A stretch of 64,000 nt of DNA from Bacteroidota bacterium (GTDB taxonomy: Bacteria > Bacteroidota > Ignavibacteria > UBA10030). Each line of letters opens with the position of its first letter. The first letter of the stretch is position 1. Both the position numbers and the translations under genes were made by a program. Under the pieces are notes generated by a model. It saw nothing but the letters and a program-made list of their open reading frames with translations. It was not told the DNA's origin and searched no databases. Below are positions 19,824 through 28,579 of the stretch, one piece after another. The stretch covers positions 589 through 64,588 of the forward strand of contig DATJYV010000029.1 of the NCBI GenBank assembly GCA_035499415.1, given 5' to 3'.

Positions 19824-21218
19824 ATGCGCCGAAGGGCTCTTCTCATCCTCGCCGCCGGACTGCTCATCCGCCTGGTCGTCATCCTGACATTTGTTCCGCC
19901 CGTCGTCTCCGACGCGCATGATTATGACCTCCTGGGCAGGTCGATTGCCGGAGGGCTCGGATATTCCGTGGACGGGAGTCCGACGGCTTATCGGCTTCCG
20001 CTCTACCCCTATCTTCTCTCCGTTTCTTACTCGGTGTCCGGCAGCTCCCATGCATTTGTGAAAATTGTCCAGGCCGCCGCCGACGCCTGTTCTGCGTGGC
20101 TCGTGTTTCTTATCGCGTCCCTCCTGTTTTCCGAACAGGTTGCCATCCTCGCTCTCCTCATCTTCGGGTTCTTCCCCATTCAGATTCTGTACACGACGTT
20201 CCTGCTGACTGAAACGATTTTTACGACGCTGTTCCTTTTCATGATCTGGCTTATCGTCCGCCCCCAGGGGGGACAAAACACTCTCACTTCGGACATCGTG
20301 TTCGGACTCACGCTGGGACTTTCCCTGCTCATCAAGCCGGCCGCGGTCGTCGCGCTCCCACTTTATTGTTCCCGGCACTGGTCGTCGGGAACGGACAGGA
20401 AGCCCCTCTGGCGATCTCTCGCGATCATCCTCCTCGTCGCTTCGGCCGTTCTCTGCCCATGGGCCATCCGGAACTACAGGACGTTTGGACGATTTTCCCT
20501 TACGAGCAATGCGGGAATTAATTTTTGGATCGGCGCTCACGACGGTGCGAACGGCGGATATGCAATGCCGCGGGACGATAACCCCCTCGATGCCTTCCAC
20601 GACGAGTGGCAGAGGTCGGATGAGGGATACAAGCGGGGAATCGAATTCATTCGCCGCCAACCTTCGGCCTACGCGTTTCTGATGCTCGAGAAATCCGCCC
20701 ACTTCATCGCGGTCGATTACATGGCACAACAGACGTTCGACGCCGTTGTATTCCACACGCCCGACCCGTCGAAAGCCGCGAGATACTCCGACGTGACCGC
20801 CTTGAGCATCGTGCTCTTCCAACTCCCCTTCGTCATCACCCTCCTTCTTGCAACACTCGGCCTGATTTGCTTCGACATGAAGGATCGCGCCGGGGCTCTG
20901 TTCACGGGTGGAGCGGTGCTCCTCTGGCTCGCGGTCCATCTCGCTGTCTATGCCGGCGGCCGCTACCGCTTTCCCATCGTCCCTCTTCTCATCATGGGCG
21001 CGGCGTACGCGTACGAATTGATCCGGGAACGCCGCCTCACCTTCACCCCTCGTCGTCTGGTGTGCGTGACACTTCTTGTATCCTTCTTCGTCATGAGCTG
21101 GTGCGCGGAGTATTTCCACGCGCAATTCCGCTCAAACACCCCGATTGTCAATCCCGATCATACGGGGAATTCATTCGCTTCCCTGGCGGCACGACCGAAC
21201 GAAGCATCGTGTAAGTAA
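19824..21218 (+). CDS. ArnT/PMT-like membrane glycosyltransferase (GT39/GT83 fold)
   Basis: 464 aa with about 11 TM helices. The N-terminal loop carries the aspartate pair DAHDY..RLPLYPYLL typical of dolichyl/undecaprenyl-phosphate sugar transferases. The antisense 482-aa ORF was rejected (E/D/R low-complexity). Confidence 0.6.
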   Translation: MRRRALLILAAGLLIRLVVILTFVPPVVSDAHDYDLLGRSIAGGLGYSVDGSPTAYRLPLYPYLLSVSYSVSGSSHAFVKIVQAAADACSAWLVFLIASLLFSEQVAILALLIFGFFPIQILYTTFLLTETIFTTLFLFMIWLIVRPQGGQNTLTSDIVFGLTLGLSLLIKPAAVVALPLYCSRHWSSGTDRKPLWRSLAIILLVASAVLCPWAIRNYRTFGRFSLTSNAGINFWIGAHDGANGGYAMPRDDNPLDAFHDEWQRSDEGYKRGIEFIRRQPSAYAFLMLEKSAHFIAVDYMAQQTFDAVVFHTPDPSKAARYSDVTALSIVLFQLPFVITLLLATLGLICFDMKDRAGALFTGGAVLLWLAVHLAVYAGGRYRFPIVPLLIMGAAYAYELIRERRLTFTPRRLVCVTLLVSFFVMSWCAEYFHAQFRSNTPIVNPDHTGNSFASLAARPNEASCK

Positions 21219-21290
21219 CATCCCTCCCGGGCAACGGGGGAACGAACGTGGAACGGCCGGGCGTACGCTGGGTGAGCGACGGGATTTCCG

Positions 21291-22817
21291 TCAGAGGCGA
21301 CGCTCCGAGTCCAAACGCGGATCGCGTCGCGTCAGAACGGCATAGACGAAGAACGCAACACCGAAGCCGACAAACCAGGCGTAACTGTAGAGTCCCATGA
21401 AGAACGGGCCGACCGTTTCGGCTGAGACGGCCTTCACGGTACCGAGGAAGCCGGGAATGTTCGGCACGATTCCGAGGCCGAGCGCAACCAGTGCAGACGG
21501 ATTGAACCCGCGCCGATACGAGTAGCGACCTTCTGCACGATAAAGGTCAATCGCTTCGAGGCGTGTTTTCCGGATGAAGAAGTAGTCGCAGATGAGGATA
21601 CCGCCGATCGGCCCCAGAAGCGCCGAATAGCCCACAAGCCAGGTGAAGATGTAGCCGCTCGGGTCGGCGACGAGCTTCCACGGCTGGATGAGAATGCCGA
21701 TGATTCCTGTGATCAGGCCGCCAATGCGAAACGTAATCTTCGACGGCCAGAGATTCGAGAAGTCGTTCGCCGGGCTGACGACGTTTGCCGCCAGGTTGGT
21801 GGCGAGGGTTGCGAGACAGAGAGCGAAGAGCGAGATGGCCAGGACGAGGGGGTTGGTAAATTGCGTAATAAGGACGACCGGATCCCAAATGGGGAAGCCG
21901 CCGTAAATCACGATCGTCGCGGATGTGACGGCGACCCCGATGAATGAGTAGAGGGCCATTGTCGTCGGGAGGCCGATCGCCTGGCCGAGCATTTGGTCCC
22001 GCTGGGTTTTCGAATACCGGGTGAAGTCGGGAATATTCAGCGAGAGCGTCGCCCAGAATCCGATCATCCCGGTGAGCGACGGAAAAAAGACGGACCAGAA
22101 CTGTCCTTCTCTGGGACCTCCGGCAACGAATTGTGAGGGCTGTGACAGCATTGGCCCGAACCCGCCCGCCTGTTTGTACGCCCAGGCGAGAAGGGCGAGT
22201 CCCAGGGCGATGAGCAGCGGCGCTTTGATATCGAGCAGGAAGCGGATGGAGTCGATCCCTTTGTAAATCACGAGCATGTTAATGCCCCAGAAGAACAAAA
22301 AACATAAAAGCTGTGCGACGTTGATGCCGGCGATCGACGGAGGGAGATTATTCCAGGCCGGGATGAAGATTGTGATAATCTTGTAGATTGCCCAGCCGCC
22401 GATCCACGCCTGAATGCCGAACCAACCGCAGGCCACGAACGCACGAAGAAGCGCGGGAACGTTGGCGCCGCGGATCCCAAACGCCGCTCGGCAATAAACG
22501 GGGAATGGGATTCCGTATTTCGTACCGGCGTGAGCGTTCAGAATCATCGGGATCAGAACGATCAGGTTGCCGAGGAATACCGTGATGACCGCCTGGTACC
22601 AGTTCATCCCTTCTGATATGAGGGAGGACGAAAGCATGTACGTCGGAATGCAGGCGGACATGGAGATCCACAAAGCGGCGATGTTGTAGATTCCCCAGCG
22701 GCGCTGCGCGAGCGTCGTGGGGGCGATGTCCTTGTTGATCAGCGGACTGTCGCGAACCGAGGAGATGTCCGGTTCAACCAATTCGGTGTAATTCGAGGCA
22801 ATCATGGACAACGACAT
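21291..22817 (-). CDS. NCS1-family nucleobase:cation symporter (probable uracil/thymine or hydantoin permease)
   Basis: 508 aa, 12 TM. The N-terminal ...DIAPTTLAQRRWGIYNIAALWISM... matches the NCS1 (Mhp1/PucI/FUR4) signature. It is the first or last gene of the pyrimidine degradation cluster. Confidence 0.85.
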   Translation of the reverse strand: MSLSMIASNYTELVEPDISSVRDSPLINKDIAPTTLAQRRWGIYNIAALWISMSACIPTYMLSSSLISEGMNWYQAVITVFLGNLIVLIPMILNAHAGTKYGIPFPVYCRAAFGIRGANVPALLRAFVACGWFGIQAWIGGWAIYKIITIFIPAWNNLPPSIAGINVAQLLCFLFFWGINMLVIYKGIDSIRFLLDIKAPLLIALGLALLAWAYKQAGGFGPMLSQPSQFVAGGPREGQFWSVFFPSLTGMIGFWATLSLNIPDFTRYSKTQRDQMLGQAIGLPTTMALYSFIGVAVTSATIVIYGGFPIWDPVVLITQFTNPLVLAISLFALCLATLATNLAANVVSPANDFSNLWPSKITFRIGGLITGIIGILIQPWKLVADPSGYIFTWLVGYSALLGPIGGILICDYFFIRKTRLEAIDLYRAEGRYSYRRGFNPSALVALGLGIVPNIPGFLGTVKAVSAETVGPFFMGLYSYAWFVGFGVAFFVYAVLTRRDPRLDSERRL

Positions 22818-22892
22818 GTGAGAGTGGATTGAGATTGGACACGCCAGACTGGTCGTCTCATTTCAAATGAATGTATTGTGTCTCCTCCTCGA

Positions 22893-23525
22893 TCATCTCT
22901 CCCGTGATTCCGCGACGGGTTTCGTCTCATCATCCTTCAGAAGAAATGGGGTTGGATGGAAGTACTCGTAGAACGCCCAGGCGATGCCTCCTGCGATTGC
23001 CAGGGAGCCGACCGCGAGTCCTCCGAAATATGCGACGTTCGAAAGGTCTTCGGCGGAGTCGAGCATCTGCCAGTGGATGAGAAGGTTGTACCAGTCGTGT
23101 CCTTCTTTGGGGCCGAGAAGGTGAAGCGAGCGGTAAGGCGCGTCGTAGATATACGAGGTTAATGCGATGGCATTTACTCCGGCGAGTGCAAGGTATACGG
23201 TCGAAAAGAATGACTTTTGCCGGGCCGCAACGACACATGCGACGACCGGAATCATGACTTGCCAGAATGAACCGCCGAGAATATGGAGGGTCCTGCCAAA
23301 CAACGCGAAGAGAAGATGCCCGCCTTCATGGAGCGGTGTGATGATCCAGACATAATACATGCTGTAAAAGAACGGAAACGTCAAGGGGGGAAAAGCAGAA
23401 TGCGCGACTGCAGACTGATCCAGAAGGACAACGCAGGGGACGAGCGCGAGCAACTTCAAGGCGAGCGGAACAGAGCGCTCGAGCGGGTCCGCCGGCGGGA
23501 TCGCGGTAGGATGACTAGCTTGCAC
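22893..23525 (-). CDS. Membrane protein with HExxH motif (putative membrane zincin), function unknown
   Basis: 210 aa, 4-5 TM. PLHEGGHLLFALFG lies within a membrane-proximal segment. Confidence 0.45.
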   Translation of the reverse strand: MQASHPTAIPPADPLERSVPLALKLLALVPCVVLLDQSAVAHSAFPPLTFPFFYSMYYVWIITPLHEGGHLLFALFGRTLHILGGSFWQVMIPVVACVVAARQKSFFSTVYLALAGVNAIALTSYIYDAPYRSLHLLGPKEGHDWYNLLIHWQMLDSAEDLSNVAYFGGLAVGSLAIAGGIAWAFYEYFHPTPFLLKDDETKPVAESRER

Positions 23526-23534
23526 GGGAGAGCG

Positions 23535-23837
23535 CTATTTCGGAAAACCTGACGCCACCCACAATTTGACCAGCTTTTGATCCTCTTCTTTTTTCAAACG
23601 AGTGTTGAGCTTTAATCCGAGCCGCTTCACCGTGGAATAATCGGTGAACGGAAGTTTCCCAAACACCTTTCCCCCTTCAAAGTGACACGGTTGACACTTT
23701 TGGACGAGCAGGGGCGCGAGATCTTTCGAGAACGATTTCGTGTCTTGAGATCCCGCACCCGCGAAGGCCGCTGAGAGCGAGATTATCACAACTCCCATTC
23801 CCAACGCAAGCGTCGTGACTCGGTCCCCCTTCTTCAT
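23535..23837 (-). CDS. Small membrane-anchored protein with a single CxxCH (c-type haem-binding) motif
   Basis: 100 aa. N-terminal TM/signal anchor. QKCQPCHFEGGKVFGKLPF resembles the planctomycete-type monohaem cytochrome c domain. Its ATG overlaps the TGA of the dihydropyrimidinase (ATGA). Confidence 0.5.
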   Translation of the reverse strand: MKKGDRVTTLALGMGVVIISLSAAFAGAGSQDTKSFSKDLAPLLVQKCQPCHFEGGKVFGKLPFTDYSTVKRLGLKLNTRLKKEEDQKLVKLWVASGFPK

Positions 23838-25246
23838 CTCCCGATGAGATTGTATTGTCCGCGTTTGATATATCTTCCATAACCCGCCTTGCCCTTGAAT
23901 GCATCCCCCTCGAACACCGCTTTGCCCCGGGAAAGGACATACGACGGAGAACCGCTGACCGTCATCTGCTCGTACGGATTATAGTCGACTCGCATGAAGT
24001 GGGTCCTGGCCGTGATCGTGTACTTCCGCTTCGGATCCCACACGACGATGTCCGCATCGCTGCCGATGGCGATGGTTCCTTTCTTCGGGAACAGTCCCAT
24101 CAGTTTCGCCGGCGCGGTCGAAACGAGCTGGACAAACCGATTCATGCTCCAGCCGCGCTTTACCACTCCCCCCTCATAAAGCAGGTGAAGCCGGTTTTCG
24201 ACGCCGGGGAGTCCGTTGGGGATTTTGCTGAAATCGTCCTTTCCCAGTTCCTTCTGGCGCGGGAGCCCTTTATAACCCTCTTTCATACAGAAGGGACAGT
24301 GGTCGGTCGAAACCGCCTGGAGATCGTCGACGGCAAGTGCTTTCCATAAGAATTCCTGATTCGACCGCTCCCTGATGGGGGGCGAGCAGACGTACTTTGC
24401 GCCGTTGAAGCTGCCGTCGGCGTAGTCCTCGTACGCAAGGAAGAGATACTGCGGGCAGGTTTCGCCGTAGACCGGCAGGCCCCGGTCCCGGGCTTCGCGA
24501 ATCTGCTCCATCGCCAGATGCGAGGAAACGTGGACGATATAAACGGGCACGCCGGCCATTTCGCTGAGCGCGATCACGCGGTGAGTCGCCTCCTGTTCGG
24601 CCGTCGCCGGGCGCGAGAGCGCATGCACATTCGGCGTCGTCTTCCCTTCCGCCAGCATGCGTTTCACGAGCAGGTCGATCACCCCTCCATTCTCGGCATG
24701 CATGCAGATCAAGGCACCGTTCTCGGCCGTTCGCCTCATCGCTTTGTAGATCGTGGCGTCATCGACCATGAAGACGCCCGGATACGCGGTGAACAGCTTG
24801 AAGCTCGTCACCCCCTCCCTCTTGACCATCGTATCCATGTCGGGAAGCCAGTCGTCGGGCAATTCCGTCAGAATCAAATGCAGGCCATAATCGACCACCG
24901 CCCGTCCCTCGGACTTCCGGAGCCAGGTCTCGAACGCCTGGCGCATATTCGTCCCGCGCGATTGGACGGCAAAGTCGACGATACAGGTCGTGCCCCCGTG
25001 CGCCGCAGCAATGGTCCCCGTCTCGAAGTCGTCGGATGCCGCCGTCCCGCCGAACGGAAGCTCCATGTGCGTGTGGACGTCGATCCCTCCCGGGATCACA
25101 TAGCAGCCGGCCGCATCGATCGTGCGGTCCGCACGAATCTTCAGTCCCTTTCCAATCGTCGTGATCGTCTCATCTTCCACGTAAATATCGGCAACGTAAT
25201 CCTGTTCCGCCGTGATGATGCGACCGTTGGTTATGAGGGTTGACAT
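23834..25246 (-). CDS. hydA: Dihydropyrimidinase / D-hydantoinase
   Basis: 470 aa cyclic amidohydrolase. N-terminal ITNGRIIT...DAAGCYVIPGGIDVHTHMELPFGGT and the carboxylated-lysine region. Context with PreAT and beta-ureidopropionase. Confidence 0.85.
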   Translation of the reverse strand: MSTLITNGRIITAEQDYVADIYVEDETITTIGKGLKIRADRTIDAAGCYVIPGGIDVHTHMELPFGGTAASDDFETGTIAAAHGGTTCIVDFAVQSRGTNMRQAFETWLRKSEGRAVVDYGLHLILTELPDDWLPDMDTMVKREGVTSFKLFTAYPGVFMVDDATIYKAMRRTAENGALICMHAENGGVIDLLVKRMLAEGKTTPNVHALSRPATAEQEATHRVIALSEMAGVPVYIVHVSSHLAMEQIREARDRGLPVYGETCPQYLFLAYEDYADGSFNGAKYVCSPPIRERSNQEFLWKALAVDDLQAVSTDHCPFCMKEGYKGLPRQKELGKDDFSKIPNGLPGVENRLHLLYEGGVVKRGWSMNRFVQLVSTAPAKLMGLFPKKGTIAIGSDADIVVWDPKRKYTITARTHFMRVDYNPYEQMTVSGSPSYVLSRGKAVFEGDAFKGKAGYGRYIKRGQYNLIGR

Positions 25247-25306
25247 GTCCGTTATTCCTGTTGTGATGCTTGAAGGTGCGCGTCCGTGGAGAGACTCCGG
25301 AACCTC

Positions 25307-25732
25307 TTACGGCACCCCGACGGAAGATTCCCTGCGATAGATCAGGCTGATGGCCGCAGCAACGATAACATACCAGATGATCATGTAGACCGTGCTGACC
25401 GCGGCCAGCGACAGCTCATACCCCCGGATCATCAGATAGTTGAAGAAGTAGAAGGGGATGCCGGATATCAACCCCGCGTAGAGGCCAAAGAGCATTCCTC
25501 CGCGGACCCCCGGCTTGAAGTTCTGGACGACGCGGTCGTAGACCCACCCCAGAATGAGTGCTGCGAGAAAATCTCCGAGCGCAAACCAGGTGGGGGACTG
25601 GGACATCCGAAAAACGTCGGGGGCTTTTTCATAGTAGACTCGCTCCAGAAGATACCCCTGGACGATTCCGTCGAGCAGATTCCCGACGACTCCTCCCGCC
25701 AGGACGGCGATCCAGAACCTCGACTTCTTCAC
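25307..25732 (-). CDS. Small integral membrane protein, unknown function
   Basis: 141 aa, 4 predicted TM helices. Embedded in the pyrimidine operon between the dihydropyrimidinase and preA. Confidence 0.45.
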   Translation of the reverse strand: MKKSRFWIAVLAGGVVGNLLDGIVQGYLLERVYYEKAPDVFRMSQSPTWFALGDFLAALILGWVYDRVVQNFKPGVRGGMLFGLYAGLISGIPFYFFNYLMIRGYELSLAAVSTVYMIIWYVIVAAAISLIYRRESSVGVP

Positions 25733-25808
25733 TCAGCAGCATCTCCTTCCAGTGATTTCCGGGATGACCGCGACAACCTCTCCGCGACCGTCCCCAATCC
25801 CCGATCGC

Positions 25809-27143
25809 TCAGTGAATCTCGATACCGTGTTTATGCTGGAACTGTCGCAACGCTTCCCATGTCAGCGGTTGCGGCAGCTGCCCCATCAACTGATTCCACG
25901 TCATCGACTCGTCTCCCCCGTCGAGCCGGACCATCGAAATACAACCGTCGACGGGGCAGACGATAAAACAGAGCCGACAGCCGACGCAGTCAGACTCGCG
26001 GACCTTCGGCTGTGAATAGCTCTCCGCCGTTCCGTCGACCCGTATTGTCCCTTTCTTGAGGTCGATGCACTGATGGGCGCTGTCTTCGCATGCGATATAG
26101 CACAGATTGCACTGAATGCATTTGGATTCATCGATGCGGGCCACCGCCTTGTAGAGCAGATTGAGATTTCCAAAGTCGGTAATGCAGGCCAGTGATTTTC
26201 CGCGGACCTCCTCCAGCGTGCGATAACCCTTCCCTTCCATCCAGTTCGTCAAACCCTCTACCATGTCGTTCACAATGCGAAAACCGTAGTGCATGACGGC
26301 GGTACATACCTGAACGCTCGTGGCGCCCAGAAGGATGAATTCGGCGGCATCACGCCACGTCGAGATCCCGCCCATTCCCGAAACGGGAAGTCCAATCTCA
26401 GGGTCGATTGCGATTTGCGAAAGCATGTTCAGGGCAATCGGCTTCACCGCCGGACCCGCGTACCCTCCGTGCCCGCCTTTGCCGTCAATCGACGGCTTCA
26501 GCTCCAGCGTGTCCAGGTCGACGCCCATAATCGTGTTGATGGTATTGATAAGAGAAATGCCGCTCGCCTTTCCTTTTTTCGCAGCTCTTCCGGGATAGCG
26601 AATGTCCGTCACGTTCGGCGTGAGCTTCACGAGGACAGGGATGGTGGATACTTCGGTGACCCACTCCGTGATCATCGCACAGTATTCGGGGACTTGTCCC
26701 ACGGCCGACCCCATCCCGCGTTCGCTCATTCCGTGGGGACATCCGTAGTTCAACTCGATCCCATCGCATCCGGTGTCGATTGTCCGCTTCACCATATCGT
26801 GCCAGGTCTCGCGTTTGGATTCCACCATGAGCGACGCCACAACCGCGCGATCGGGCCAGAGTTTCTTCGTCTCCGCGATCTCGCGGAGATTCGTCTCGAT
26901 GGGCCGGTCGCTGATCAACTCAATGTTGTTGAGGCCGAGAATCTTCTGTCCGTTGTAATCCACGGCACCGTACCGGTTGACAACGTTCATGACCGGCTCG
27001 CCGATGGTTTTCCACACCGCGCCGCCCCACCCCGCCTCGAACGCCTTGCACACCTGGTACGAGGAATTTGTCGGCGGAGCCGAAGCCAGCCAGAAGGGAT
27101 TCGGAGACTTGATGCCGCCGCAATTAATTGAAAGGTCGGCCAT
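25809..27143 (-). CDS. preA: NAD-dependent dihydropyrimidine dehydrogenase subunit PreA (DHOD-like FMN domain plus 2x[4Fe-4S])
   Basis: 444 aa. TIM-barrel dihydroorotate-dehydrogenase-like core. C-terminal ferredoxin motifs CIQCNLCYIACED and CVGCRLCFIVCPV. Confidence 0.85.
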   Translation of the reverse strand: MADLSINCGGIKSPNPFWLASAPPTNSSYQVCKAFEAGWGGAVWKTIGEPVMNVVNRYGAVDYNGQKILGLNNIELISDRPIETNLREIAETKKLWPDRAVVASLMVESKRETWHDMVKRTIDTGCDGIELNYGCPHGMSERGMGSAVGQVPEYCAMITEWVTEVSTIPVLVKLTPNVTDIRYPGRAAKKGKASGISLINTINTIMGVDLDTLELKPSIDGKGGHGGYAGPAVKPIALNMLSQIAIDPEIGLPVSGMGGISTWRDAAEFILLGATSVQVCTAVMHYGFRIVNDMVEGLTNWMEGKGYRTLEEVRGKSLACITDFGNLNLLYKAVARIDESKCIQCNLCYIACEDSAHQCIDLKKGTIRVDGTAESYSQPKVRESDCVGCRLCFIVCPVDGCISMVRLDGGDESMTWNQLMGQLPQPLTWEALRQFQHKHGIEIH

Positions 27144-27159
27144 GACGTGGAAAGAAAAG

Positions 27160-27204
27160 GATTGAGGTTAAGGTTGAGGTTGAGGTTGAGGTTGAGGTTG
27201 AGGG
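27160..27204. repeat. Hexanucleotide microsatellite (GGTTGA/GGTTAA)x7 in the preT-preA intergenic spacer
   Basis: Direct reading: attgag gttaag gttgag gttgag gttgag gttgag gttgag ggc. It lies 20-60 nt upstream of the preA ATG. Confidence 0.85.
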
Positions 27205-27205
27205 C

Positions 27206-28561
27206 TCACGCGATTGATTTTTTCGAGAGATATTTGTCAATCCCATGCGCCGCACGCTTGCCGTCGTAGGCCGCGTTCACAACTTCCTTCCCGCCGTTGA
27301 TACAATCTCCGCCCGCGAAAACTTTCGCGTTCGTCGTCTGGTATGTCTCCGGGTCGACCGCAACTTTTCCGTTCTTCATCTTCACGCCGGGGATCTTCAG
27401 CACCAACTCCTTCGCAATTTCCTGGCCGATCGAGACGATCACCATATCCACCGGAATGGTGAACGTGGACCCGGGGATTTTTCTCAGCGTTTGACGACCT
27501 CCGGTGCGCGAGGTTTGCGCGACGACCCGTTCACATTCAATCCCCTTCACGTGTTTCTTCCCGACGATCCTTTTGGGAATGACGTTGAAGAAAAAGCGGA
27601 CTCCGTCGGTCTTGGCGAGGGCGTATTCAAAATCGTACGCAGACATGTCCTTTTCGGAACGCCGGTAGATGATGGACACGTCGTTCGCCCCCAGGCGTTT
27701 CGCCTCCGTCGCCGCGTCAATCGCGGTGTTTCCCGCCCCGATCACCGCAACGCGCGTGCCGACATCGACGGACTTCCAGCTCCGGGTCGTGACGCGTTGG
27801 ATGAACTCGAGGGCCTCATAAACGCCTTCAGTCGCTTCGCCGCGGATCCCCAGCCGCACCGCCCTGGGGAGACCCGTCCCGATGAACATGGCATCGTGCC
27901 GCTGCAGGAGTTCGTCCACGGTCATGTCTTTGCCGATTGTTACGCCCGTGCGAATGGAAACGCCCAGCTTTTCGACGAGGCCGACTTCCTTCATGCTGTC
28001 CGCCTGGCGCATCTTGTATGGAGCTATTCCCCACGTATCGAGTCCGCCCGGCTTTTTCTTGCCTTCGTAGACGACCGCCTCGTATCCCATGAGCGAAAGC
28101 TCGGCTGCGCACGCAAGTCCCGCCGGCCCGGCGCCGATGATGCCCACAGACTTTCCGTTTCTGGGCAAAGGATGGAACAGCGGGGGCGCCCCCGCTTCGA
28201 AGTACCGGTCCATCGCAAAGCGCTGCAACCGGCCGATTTGAATCGGTTCTTCTCCCCGCTCGTTGTAGACGCACGCTCCTTCGCACAGAACATCCACGGG
28301 GCACGCCTTCGCACACGTGAGCGCGACCCAGTTCGAGCTTAAGATCGTCTTCGCCGACCCTTGCAGATTCCCCGACGCAATCTTTTTGATGAACGTCGGA
28401 ATATCGATGTGGGTGGGGCAGGCCTTCGTGCAGGGAGAGTCGAAACAATAGAGACAGCGATTCGCATCGGCAACGGCAGCGTTCGCGGTAAAGGGGGGAT
28501 GGAGCTCGGCGAAGTTCTGCTCGTACTGCGAAGGAGGGAGTTTTGGGGCAACGTTCTTCAG
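27206..28561 (-). CDS. preT: NAD-dependent dihydropyrimidine dehydrogenase subunit PreT (glutamate-synthase small-subunit-like; FAD/NAD plus 2x[4Fe-4S])
   Basis: The track ORF starts at a GTG (28297). The same frame upstream encodes the conserved PreT N-terminus (AELHPPFTANAAVADANRCLYCFDSPCTKACPTHIDIPTFIKKIA...) without any ATG/GTG/TTG. The only candidate is a CTG at about 28561. The frame is contiguous with the aminotransferase gene, separated by a single TAA. Confidence 0.7.
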   Translation of the reverse strand: MKNVAPKLPPSQYEQNFAELHPPFTANAAVADANRCLYCFDSPCTKACPTHIDIPTFIKKIASGNLQGSAKTILSSNWVALTCAKACPVDVLCEGACVYNERGEEPIQIGRLQRFAMDRYFEAGAPPLFHPLPRNGKSVGIIGAGPAGLACAAELSLMGYEAVVYEGKKKPGGLDTWGIAPYKMRQADSMKEVGLVEKLGVSIRTGVTIGKDMTVDELLQRHDAMFIGTGLPRAVRLGIRGEATEGVYEALEFIQRVTTRSWKSVDVGTRVAVIGAGNTAIDAATEAKRLGANDVSIIYRRSEKDMSAYDFEYALAKTDGVRFFFNVIPKRIVGKKHVKGIECERVVAQTSRTGGRQTLRKIPGSTFTIPVDMVIVSIGQEIAKELVLKIPGVKMKNGKVAVDPETYQTTNAKVFAGGDCINGGKEVVNAAYDGKRAAHGIDKYLSKKSIA

Positions 28562-28579
28562 AAAAGACTCCGCGGGTTG

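Noticed and set aside
19677-21125. 482-aa minus-strand ORF antisense to the ArnT-like gene
   Set aside because: The translation is an E/D/R/G low-complexity string typical of the reverse frame of a GC-rich gene. The plus-strand ORF has 11 clean TM helices and the glycosyltransferase loop motif.
27160-27204. Possibility that the short tandem repeat is a CRISPR array
   Set aside because: The unit is only 6 nt with no spacers. It is a microsatellite, not repeat-spacer architecture. No cas genes in the window.
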